This document shows, piece after piece, positions 26,501 to 37,100 of a DNA stretch of 64,000 nucleotides. The translations under genes were made by a program, and so were the position numbers. Within the stretch, counting starts at the first letter, position 1, and each line of letters starts with the position of its first letter. The stretch is from the NCBI GenBank assembly GCA_004431415.1, contig QPMI01000097.1:62001-126000 (forward strand), read 5' to 3'. The DNA is from Cyanophora paradoxa CCMP329. Lineage: Eukaryota; Plantae; Glaucophyta. The notes below the pieces were generated by a model. That model ran no database searches. It saw nothing but the letters and a program-made list of their open reading frames with translations, and was not told the DNA's origin.

Positions 26501-27540
26501 CACCCCCCGCCGGACTTTGACACTGAGGACGAGCCGCCTCTTCGCCGTCGCCGTGTCGATGCTTTGGACCCTCCTGCGCCAGCTCCTGGCGTTCTCGATG
26601 ATGATGCTGATGATCCCAGCTCGCCTCCGCTCTCTCCTCAAGTTATTATTGACCTCCTTGATCCCGAACTTGAAGCTTTATTTCTTTCTTCCCCTGAAAT
26701 TGCTGCTGATATTACTGCGGATGCTCCCAATGTTGGGGGCCATTCGTCGTCTCTTCCTTCTTCCTCTGTTCCTATGGACACTGATCCTGTCTTGGCTCCT
26801 GATTTCAACCTGAAGCGCCGTCGACCCTCTACCCCTGCTCCTCCTTGCCTCTCGGATGCCTATGGTTACCCAGACGGTACTATTGACCCATCTTTTCTTC
26901 CTTCCGTTAAACGTTTGCATCTTTCCTCTCCTGCTGACCTTTCAGTTCTCAGTGATGATTCGGGTTCTCCTGTGGTGCTCATTGACTATGATGCTGAAGC
27001 TGATGCCATGGACCTTCAATTTCTCTCCTCGACTGGGGTTTAAAGCTCTAAACAGGATCGGGAATACCCCAGGCCGGCATTAGGAAGAGGCCCGCATTGG
27101 GATTTCGCCGATTGTTTTCCAGGTTTGCGTGTATGAGCGCCGGACCGCCGGGGCATACATGGTGAACTGTATAGGCGCCCGTCTGCGCCGCCACTACCCT
27201 TGTCTGGTTGGTTCACTGTCGATTGTGCTTCGGGCCTTCGGGTCCTTCGCCTTTCGTCAAAACCGCACAACCGGCTTGGGCGTGTCTTATACATACTCTT
27301 CTTCTTCTTCTTCTAGTCCTGTAATCTTTGTTACTGATGATGAGGACGAGCTTGACATTCCTTCTGTACTCCACCATTCTGCACTTTGAGACGCGATACC
27401 CCACCCGTGCCGTTCAGGGAGCCGGTATCGGGGTGGGATTCGTGTGTTTGATATCTTTTTTATCTAATTTTGTAACCACCACCCAGACTCGGGCTCGAAT
27501 CCTGGGAGTGTCTTTTACTTGCTCTCTCTCTCTCTCTCTT
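20580..27540 (+). mobile_element. Tx1/L1-clade non-LTR retrotransposon (5' boundary approximate) plus a stacked short 3' end
   Basis: APE-RT ORF; C/T-rich sense strand; structured 3' UTR; (CTT)n at ~27297-27313 and (CT)n at ~27522-27539. Confidence 0.88.
21411..27043 (+). CDS. APE endonuclease - reverse transcriptase - CCHC finger polyprotein, broken by 4 frameshifts
   Basis: IASLNVGGL, LCLQET, IGDWN, SRLD, LDH (APE); APGPDG, YRPIGV, QFGF, DLKSAYD, GTIQGGPWSP, QFADD (RT); CPVC...HVFALCP; frame changes near 23095, 23465, 24160 and 26150. Confidence 0.92.
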
Positions 27541-27660
27541 AATTTTGGCGTGCCAATCGCGGTACACACTGGGCTCAGTTTTCGTAGGCAAATCGAAATC
27601 GGCTCTACTACTAGGTCGAGGTGCAGGCCTTGTAATTGCCCGGAGGAGGAACTCTACAAG
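27541..27660 (+). repeat. GCATTT-terminus element end (subtype 2), directly after the LINE tail
   Basis: Inverted match to 31022-31120. Confidence 0.8.
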
Positions 27661-27911
27661 GAATGCTTGTGAATGCGATTTGGCCTCTACATTTGATGTC
27701 GACTTCAAAATGCAATCAGGCCTCCACATTTGATTCAAGGATTTGGAGTGCAGACAGCGCGTGTCGCGGCAACCCCGTGTAGGATCCCCCGGACGAGACG
27801 TCAACCCCGTGTAGGACGTGGACGAGACCCCGTGTAGGACGAGACTTTTTTTCAGTCGGATAGATATCTGTATTCAGACACAAATTCGAACGTTTACGCA
27901 ATTACCCAGAA

Positions 27912-28089
27912 TTGCATTTGGACACGTACTTAAAACGCAGATCCGGGCTACAAGTGTGGGAATGTACACTGCGGCCGCTGCGGCCGCGGGCCCAGCCCAC
28001 CAGCGAGCTGGCCGGCCGGGCCCTGCGTGGCCCCCTAAGGAGAGTAATTATAATGCGCCTCCCCGCGGACACTCTGGCTAGCTAGAGCT
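27912..28089 (+). repeat. GCATTT-terminus element end (subtype 1, copy C)
   Basis: Matches consensus; followed by one satellite unit (28094-28140) and a subtype-2 internal piece (28223-28300). Confidence 0.85.
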
Positions 28090-28534
28090 TCATCGCAGGT
28101 CAAAGCCAAGACGACCTAATTACGATCGTAATCGCAGATTTCGGAACTCGTTTTCGGAACGACGACGCCGGCGTGAGTAGGGAGTTCATCAAGCTTTCAT
28201 CCTGTTCGCAAGCTTTCAAGCAGTCACTGGGTGGTCTCGCGGTGGGGCGCCCCGACATGCGGTGGCCCAGTGGCGGTGGTGGGGCGGCTCGCGGCCCGGC
28301 CCGCCAGGCCCGCGGCTGCCCGAAAATCGTCACTTCCAGCTAATCGTCACTATACGTATACGAGATTTTCCTAGATGTATATATATTCGTATACATCTAG
28401 GAAAAATCCGCTTTTGGAGTTCAGCAGTCAAAATGCAAAGCAGTTCAATTACCCAAAATCTGCATCTGCTAGCGCAATGCTGCGCATGCTTGTGCAGACG
28501 CAGCACATCAGCAGGTGAACTGCATCTGCATCAT

Positions 28535-29185
28535 CTAGGCATCTGCATCTGCATCATCTAGGCATGAGAACGAAAGCTTCTGAGCTTGCTTTTCCAGATC
28601 TTTGCTCTTGATCTTTGCTCTCAAGATCTTTTGCTCTTGCTGTTGCTTTTCCTTTGCCAGAGCCTCCTCCTTGGCCTGCGCCTCCTTTTCAAGTGCCTCC
28701 TTCCGCTCGGCAAATGCAGTAACACTCTGCAAACCTGGTCCTTGCTCAACTCAGGCGTACAGCTGATATTTCATGATCAAGATTGCGCACCTACGGTCTG
28801 CTCACTCAACTTCGACAGGACTTCCTCTCGAGCCCCTGAGCCCGTAAATTCCAACGATCCGCCACGAAGCAAACGGGCCTCTTTCTCTTTCTTGTGGTGC
28901 TCAAGCAGCTCGTTTCTAATCCTGCTCTTATGTCAATGAAAAAATCATTGACTTTGATTTTGGAATGCGTCAAGCCACCTTTGATTTAACAGCTCTTATT
29001 TTCTGCCGGGAGATAGTTTACCGCTTTTTCTCTTGCCTCTCGTGCTCTTCTTCGCGTCGTTTGGCCTTCACGTCCTTGTCGTCCACTCCCCGCGCGCGCT
29101 TTAGCTTCTTCTCCAGCTTCGCCAGCTTCTTATCTGCCAGGCATAGGCTTCGGCGCTCAGCGAGGGGACAGGTTCGCGCACCCAT
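28535..29185 (-). CDS. Short charged coiled-coil protein resembling the FAM50/XAP5 N-terminus
   Basis: 4-nt first exon ATGG, then DKKLAKLEKK...; LSEQTVGLQSVTAFAERKEALEKE...KLSF; no XAP5 C-terminal domain seen. Confidence 0.45.
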
Positions 29186-29666
29186 TGCAGGGCGCGAGGG
29201 CGAGCTCTCAGCGCGCCGGGCCCGTTGTTCTAGCACGCGGGCACGCTTGGAGGGGCGATCGGCAAGCGAAAGCTGGAGCTCCGAGCAGATAGCTCCGCCA
29301 AGACTTTCGGGCGCCTTGTAATGAGTCGTGCGGCACCGTTCTAATTAAGCAATACGAACTGAGCTGGCGGAAGCCGGAGCCGGCCGCTACTGGCGGTGGC
29401 CGGTCGCTTCGATTCCGGAAAAGCAGCGTACGCGCGGCCCACTCAGGAAAAGGAGACTGCCCACGAAGACTGGTGTACCCCTCGACCGCCTGCTCTGAGG
29501 CTGCTCAGACTGCTCTAGCCCCGCCCCCTTGCCGTCCAGAGCGAGCAGAGCGCTTTAGGCGCTGAGGCATCATCACGGGAGATCCAGCCCAGCCCCAGCG
29601 GCCCGGCAGCAGCTGCAGGATCACAAAGAAGCTGCAGGCAGGCTAAGACGAGCTCTGCGCGCTAGC

Positions 29667-30229
29667 ATGGCAGATGCAGAACAACAAGTCGAGCTGGACG
29701 ACGAGTTGTGCGAGTGCGCGCGATACGGAGAGCTGGAAGAGCTGCGGCAGCTTCTTGATCGTGGGGCTTCCGCGAACGCAAAAAATGAGATGGGAACTAC
29801 AGCACTGCATTTTGCCGCCGGTGCGCACGCGTCGCACGATCGCTGCCGAGGGCTTGCTGACGGATCGGTCAGCAAACGGCCATGCTGAGATTGTCGCTGC
29901 CTTGGTCGAGCGCGGTGCGAACACTAAGGCGAAGAACGATGCTGGAAACACGCCTCTGCATTGGGCAGCCCTGAATGGACACGTAGAAGTAGCCTGTTTG
30001 TTGACGCAAGCTGGCGCTGACATGCACGAGCTCAACGCCGCAGGGAAGTCGCCAGTGTGCGTGTAGTTCACTGTTTCGATCGCGTTTAGCGCTGTTAATA
30101 TCGTGCTGAACTGCCCTCTGTCGCAGAGACGAGGCAACACTGAATGGAAAGAACGAAGTACTCGAGGCTATGACTCAGCGGCCGATGACGGGAGCGCCGG
30201 AACAGCAGCAGGATTTGGATGAAACATAG
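29667..30229 (+). CDS. Small ankyrin-repeat protein (Yar1-like), 2 introns
   Basis: CARYGELEE, GTTALHFAAANGH, GNTPLHWAALNGH, GKSPVDEA; stop at 30227-30229. Confidence 0.85.
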
Positions 30230-30263
30230 AACCATTGATTTGATTTGGCGAATGGCGTTGGAC

Positions 30264-31123
30264 TCGCATTTGGACACGTACTAAAACGCAGGTCCGGGCT
30301 GCAAGTGTGGGATGTACACTGCGGCCGCCGCGGCTGCGGACCCAGCCCACCAGCGAGCTGGCCGGCCGGGCCCTGCGTGGCCCCCTAAGGAGAGTAATGT
30401 GCCTCCCCGCGGACACTCTGGCTAGCTAGAGCTACATGTGCCTGCACGGCGTGGTGCTGCATCGCGTCTTGTGGGGGCGGGGGTCGTCTCGGGGCGGTGG
30501 CGGGAGCCCCTACGGGCCCTGGGGGGGCCGACATGGAGTCAGCCATGGAGTTTCGTCTGGTTCGAATTGTGCCGGCGGAGGCGATCAAGGGGGCGCGGTG
30601 GGGGCCGCGGGCGGCTGGAGGAGCTCTGCCTGGCGGACGCGGGGCTGGGGCAGCAGGGCCTCGAGGAGCTCGCGCCTAGCCGGCTGCCGCCTGTACTGTA
30701 CTGGCCTAGCGCTAGCGCTTACCCCCCAAGACACCACGCGGCAACCACCATGGCCAATGCACAATTTTACAGCGCACTAGCAATTGCGAACTTTGGCCGG
30801 GATCCCGCCACGCGGATCCCGCCACGCGGGCCACGCGAGCCGCCCCACCGCCACCGCGTGTCGGGGCGCCCCACCGCGAGACCACCCAGTGCCTGCCGCC
30901 TCTTCTGACGCGATGCGGCTCCATCTTTTCTTTTTGCTCGTTTGAGCGGGGGAGGCCTTCGGGGCTCGATTTCGATCGAGTAGCATTCCTCTTCCTTAGG
31001 GCCCTGGCGGGAACAGGCGAGCCTCCGGGCAAGGCCTGCACCTCGACCTAGTAGTAGAGCCGATTTCGATTTGCCTACGAAAACTGAGCCCAGCGTGTAC
31101 CGCGATTGTCACGCCAAAATGCA
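30264..31123. mobile_element. Inward-facing pair of GCATTT termini (subtype 1 copy D plus subtype 2) enclosing an LRR-like fragment
   Basis: D spans 30264-30545 (+); subtype 2 runs from 31123 leftward; RLEELCLADAGLGQQGLEEL lies between; no TSD. Confidence 0.55.
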
Positions 31124-31139
31124 TGAGGCCGTGATGACT

Positions 31140-34100
31140 TTACAGCCACCCTCGCTTCTGCCTCTCCTGTGCAGCTCCTGCGGCCTTCTGCAGCTCCTGT
31201 GCAAGTTGGAGTGACCGACCGATTGAAAAACTGGAGCAATGGGCCAACCGATTGCGAGAACTGAAGTAATGTAGAAAGGACGGGCAGGAGAGAGTCGTGG
31301 CGGGTCTCCACGTACTTTGCGCAAAAAGAAAGTGAGATTGGGCAGGTGCGAAGTAAATTTGGACAAGAAGAAAGCACTAACCTTCAGAACGATGTTTTTG
31401 AGGTACGTCAAGTCGACAGTTTCGCGCTTCACATTCCGCTGGAGCTCACGAATTTCCTCTTTGAGCAGCGCCTCCTGCTGTGCTCTTCTGGCCTGTTCGC
31501 GCTCCATTTCCGCCAAGGCAGATTCAAGGGAGGCCAGCTTTTCGCGCAGGTGCTGATTCTCAACACTTTCGGCAGCTTGAAGACGTGCGGCAGCTTGAAG
31601 CTTACGGAGAATCTCCTCACTCTCTTCAGCCGAGGGTGTCATCAAAGCAATGGACAGAGAAATTGGATGGGCACCAGTGGTTTGATCCGTCTTGCTTGAT
31701 AGATTGATGTCTTTACCAGACGACGTACTAGGATCGCTTTTGCCTGTCACAGAATGCTTTTGGCTTGTACTCAAAACGGCCCTAAGGGCTTTTTCGTCAC
31801 TTTCAAAGAGACCCATCTCGTGATCGGGTACCATGGAAGTCTGCGAGCGGGTGTCGCAATGTCATCTTTGAGGCAAGCCATCTAGGCGAGGTCCTACCTT
31901 CGACAACTCGGGAGTTGTAGGAGCTTGCGCGATTGGCTCAGCAAACATGTCTACTGCATACATAGATTGACTTTGTGGAGAAGGCGGCTGCTGATTTTGC
32001 GGCCTTGCCTGCTATTCGGTTCAGCAGTGAGGGCAAAACAAATTGAACCGATGGGTGGCTAAGCAAACCTCTTTCTGGTCGGAGAGCTGCTTCTGGGCGG
32101 TGCATTTGCAAGATGGTGAGTTCGCAAGACGAGTCACAAGAGTCCGATTGGAAGCCTCAAGGGCGGCCAGTCGGGCCAGTAGAGTCCGATTGACGGCCTC
32201 TTTCTCCTGCGGATTCTTTTAGACAACCGAAAAAATTCTGGACGAAAAAGAAATCGGGATTGCCTGCGCCTCACGAACTCGCTGCTGACCCTCAGAGAAT
32301 TCACGGGCGAGATTGTTATACTGAATAAGCACTGATAATCTCAACTCAGTATTCGTCTCGGCACGTGGATTGCCAGAAAACCACACGCACAATGATCATG
32401 AGCCTCTGCCGCCTCATCTCTCTGAGCTTCATATTCAGCTGCACGTTGCCTTGCAAGCTGATAATGCACACAACGGGGTGAGCATTGCGTAAGCATGTCT
32501 GTAAAATCAAACAAAAAGAACCTCAGCATCTGCCTCTGAACGTCGACGTTCAGCACTTTCGCGCTCAGCAATTTCAGTCGCTCGCTGGCAGGCGGCCTGT
32601 GTGCTGTGTTGTAGATAACTGAAGAAACGAAGGCAAACATGTTCACCTCGCGGGCTTCAAGAGCTTCTGCAAGAGCATCGCGCGCCGCAAGAGCTTCCGA
32701 CAGGCGAGCTTGTGCCTCAGAAAGCCCTTCACGGAGCTCGCGAATCAAGCCATCTCGCTCTTCTGTGCCTTTCGCCACGGACGACTCGTTTGTCTTGAAA
32801 ATGAGGTGCGCCCGTGCCTTGTACCTACCGGGAAAGGTTAGCGCAGGAACGTTTTGAGCAATTTCGAGCAACGGACCTGCGGAACTCGTCCTCCACTCGA
32901 ATGAAATCGCGCTGCAAGGCAGCAAGTTGGCCATCTTTGATATAAAGCTGTGTTTCAAGCTCCCTCAAACGGGAATCCCCCGCCACTCCGAAGTTCTGAT
33001 GAGAATTTAGCGAATACTGTAACGTTCGAGAAACAATACGTTACCTGCACCACCTTCTCCGGGACAAAAGTCTCCTCAGGAGATCCGCGTTTGCAATTTG
33101 AAAACGAAGTCACCTCCTTTGCTTCCCAGCCCGCTCGGTCAACCTTCCCCCTGGCCACCTGCGCCTCCCGCCGGGCCTCCTCCGCCTCCCGCCGGGCCGC
33201 TTCCAGCCCCCGCCGGGCCTCTTCCGCCTCCCGCCGAGCCTCTTCAAGCGCTGCCCCGTCGGCCGCCCTCGCCCGCGCCTCCTCCAGCGCGCTCTGTGCC
33301 GCCTGCCGCACATGCCGGACCCCGGCGTCAGCAGCGCTCCATCTCTCGGGACGCGTGCGCCGCGGCGCCGGCCGCCCACCTTCAGCTCATCCGCCAGGCC
33401 CCTCACGCGCTGCGCCGCGGCCGCCTTGAGCTTCTCCATCACGGCGGCGTGCTCGGCCGCCGCCTCCGACGCCGCCGCCCGCGCCGCCGCCAGCTCGCCC
33501 CTCAGGCTCTCCGCCTCCGCCTGCGCCGCCCGCAGCTCCTCTCCGGCCTCTTCTGCCGCCGCGTTCCGCTCGTTCAGCTCCCAGTTGGCCGCCTGCGCGG
33601 CCCCTCCCGCGTCAGTTGCTCCGCCTCCGAGCCCGGCCCCGCCCCGCGCGCCTCTGCCGCCACATGAGCCTCGCGCGCCGCGCTCGCGGCCTCCTCCGCC
33701 TCCCGCCGGGCCGCTTCCAGCCCCCGCCGGGCCTCTTCCGCCTCCCGCCGAGCCTCTTCAAGCGCTGCCCCGTCGGCCGCCCCCGCCCGCGCCTCCTCCA
33801 GCGCGCTCTGTGCCGCCTGCCGCACATGCCGGACCCCGGCGTCAGCAGCGCTCCATCTCTCGGGACGCGTGCGCCGCGGCTCCGGCCGCCCACCTTCAGC
33901 TCATCCGCCAGGCCCCTCACGCGCTGCGCCGCGGCCGCCTTGAGCTTCTCCATCACGGCGGCGTGCTCGGCCGCCGCCTCCGACGCCGCCGCCCGCGCCG
34001 CCGCCAGCTCGCCCCTCAGGCTCTCCGCCTCCGCCTGCGCCGCCCGCAGCTCCTCTCCGGCCTCTTCTGCCGCCGCGTTCCGCTCGTTCAGCTCCCAGTT

Positions 34101-37100
34101 GGCCGCCTGCGCGGCCCCTCCCGCGTCAGTTGCTCCGCCTCCGAGCCCGGCCCCGCCCCGCGCGCCTCTGCCGCCACATGAGCCTCGCGCGCCGCGCTCG
34201 CGGCCTCCTCCGCCTCCCGCCGGGCCGCTTCCAGCCCCCGCCGGGCCTCTTCCGCCTCCCGCCGAGCCTCTTCAAGCGCTGCCCCGTCGGCCGCCCCCGC
34301 CCGCGCCTCCTCCAGCGCGCTCTGTGCCGCCTGCCGCACATGCCGGACCCCGGCGTCAGCAGCGCTCCATCTCTCGGGACGCGTGCGCCGCGGCTCCGGC
34401 CGCCCACCTTCAGCTCATCCGCCAGGCCCCTCACGCGCTGCGCCGCGGCCGCCTTGAGCTTTTCCATCACGGCGGCGTGCTCGGCCGCCGCCTCCGACGC
34501 CGCCGCCCGCGCCGCCGCCAGCTCGCCCCTCAGGCTCTCCGCCTCCGCCTGCGCCGCCCGCAGCTCCTCTCCGGCCTCTTCTGCCGCCGCGTTCCGCTCG
34601 TTCAGCTCCCAGTTGGCCGCCTGCGCGGCCCCTCCCGCGTCAGTTGCTCCGCCTCCGAGCCCGGCCCCGCCCCGCGCGCCTCTGCCGCCTTCGCGCGCGC
34701 CTCCGCCGCCTCCGCCCGCGCCTCTGCCGCCGCATGAGCCTCCCGCGCCGCGCTCGCGGCCTCCTCCGCCTCCCGCCGGGCCGCTTCCAGCCCCCGCCGG
34801 GCCTCTTCCGCCTCCCGCCGAGCCTCTTCAAGCGCTGCCCCGTCGGCCGCCCCCGCCCGCGCCTCCTCCAGCGCGCTCTGTGCCGCCTGCCGCACATGCC
34901 GGACCCCGGCGTCAGCAGCGCTCCATCTCTCGGGACGCGTGCGCCGCGGCTCCGGCCGCCCACCTTCAGCTCATCCGCCAGGCCCCTCACGCGCTGCGCC
35001 GCGGCCGCCTTGAGCTTCTCCATCACGGCGGCGTGCTCGGCCGCCGCCTCCGACGCCGCCGCCCGCGCCGCCGCCAGCTCGCCCCTCAGGCTCTCCGCCT
35101 CCGCCTGCGCCGCCCGCAGCTCCTCCCCGGCCTCTTCTGCCGCCGCGTTCCGCTCGTTCAGCTCCCAGTTGGCCGCCTGCGCGGCCCCTCCCGCGTCAGT
35201 TGCTCCGCCTCCGAGCCCGGCCCCGCCCGCGCGCCTCTGCCGCCTTCGCGCGCGCCTCCGCCGCCTCCGCCCGCGCCTCTGCCGCCGCATGAGCCTCGCG
35301 CGCCGCGCTCGCGGCCTCCTCCGCCTCCCGCCGGGCCGCTTCCAGCCCCCGCCGGGCCTCTTCCGCCTCCCGCCGAGCCTCTTCAAGCGCTGCCCCGTCG
35401 GCCGCCCCCGCCCGCGCCTCCTCCAGCGCGCTCTGTGCCGCCTGCCGCACATGCCGGACCCCGGCGTCAGCAGCGCTCTATCTCTCGGGACGCGTGCGCC
35501 GCGGCTCCGGCCGCCCACCTTCAGCTCATCCGCCAGGCCCCTCACGCGCTGCGCCGCGGCCGCCTTGAGCTTCTCCATCACGGCGGCGTGCTCGGCCGCC
35601 GCCTCCGACGCCGCCGCCCGCGCCGCCGCCAGCTCGCCCCTCAGGCTCTCCGCCTCCGCCTGCGCCGCCCGCAGCTCCTCTCCGGCCTCTTCTGCCGCCG
35701 CGTTCCGCTCGTTCAGCTCCCAGTTGGCCGCCTGCGCGGCCCCTCCCGCGTCAGTTGCTCCGCCTCCGAGCCCGGCCCCGCCCCGCGCGCCTCTGCCGCC
35801 TTCGCGCGCGCCTCCGCCGCCTCCGCCCGCGCCTCTGCCGCCGCATGAGCCTCGCGCGCCGCGCTCGCGGCCTCCTCCGCCTCCCGCCGGGCCGCTTCCA
35901 GCCCCCGCCGGGCCTCTTCCGCCTCCCGCCGAGCCTCTTCAAGCGCTGCCCCGTCGGCCGCCCCCGCCCGCGCCTCCTCCAGCGCGCTCTGTGCCGCCTG
36001 CCGCACATGCCGGACCCCGGCGTCAGCAGCGCTCCATCTCTCGGGACGCGTGCGCCGCGGCTCCGGCCGCCCACCTTCAGCTCATCCGCCAGGCCCCTCA
36101 CGCGCTGCGCCGCGGCCGCCTTGAGCTTCTCCATCACGGCGGCGTGCTCGGCCGCCGCCTCCGACGCCGCCGCCCGCGCCGCCGCCAGCTCGCCCCTCAG
36201 GCTCTCCGCCTCCGCCTGCGCCGCCCGCAGCTCCTCTCCGGCCTCTTCTGCCGCCGCGTTCCGCTCGTTCAGCTCCCAGTTGGCCGCCTGCGCGGCCCCT
36301 CCCGCGTCAGTTGCTCCGCCTCCGAGCCCGGCCCCGCCCCGCGCGCCTCTGCCGCCTTCGCGCGCGCCTCCGCCGCCTCCGCCCGCGCCTCTGCCGCCGC
36401 ATGAGCCTCGCGCGCCGCGCTCGCGGCCTCCTCCGCCTCCCGCCGGGCCGCTTCCAGCCCCCGCCGGGCCTCTTCCGCCTCCCGCCGAGCCTCTTCAAGC
36501 GCTGCCCCGTCGGCCGCCCCCGCCCGCGCCTCCTCCAGCGCGCTCTGTGCCGCCTGCCGCACATGCCGGACCCCGGCGTCAGCAGCGCTCCATCTCTCGG
36601 GACGCGTGCGCCGCGGCTCCGGCCGCCCACCTTCAGCTCATCCGCCAGGCCCCTCACGCGCTGCGCCGCGGCCGCCTTGAGCTTCTCCATCACGGCGGCG
36701 TGCTCGGCCGCCGCCTCCGACGCCGCCGCCCGCGCCGCCGCCAGCTCGCCCCTCAGGCTCTCCGCCTCCGCCTGCGCCGCCCGCAGCTCCTCTCCGGCCT
36801 CTTCTGCCGCCGCGTTCCGCTCGTTCAGCTCCCAGTTGGCCGCCTGCGCGGCCCTCCCGCGTCAGTTGCTCCGCCTCCGAGCCCGGCCCCGCCCCGCGCG
36901 CCTCTGCCGCCTTCGCGCGCGCCTCCGCCGCCTCCGCCCGCGCCTCTGCCGCCGCATGAGCCTCGCGCGCCGCGCTCGCGGCCTCCTCCGCCTCCCGCCG
37001 GGCCGCTTCCAGCCCCCGCCGGGCCTCTTCCGCCTCCGCCGAGCCTCTTCAAGCGCTGCCCCGTCGGCCGCCCCCGCCCGCGCCTCCTCCAGCGCGCTCT

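Noticed and set aside
27333-27355. CTGATGA as a hammerhead ribozyme core
   Set aside because: No properly placed GAAA or stem II; it reads as acidic-codon-like sequence
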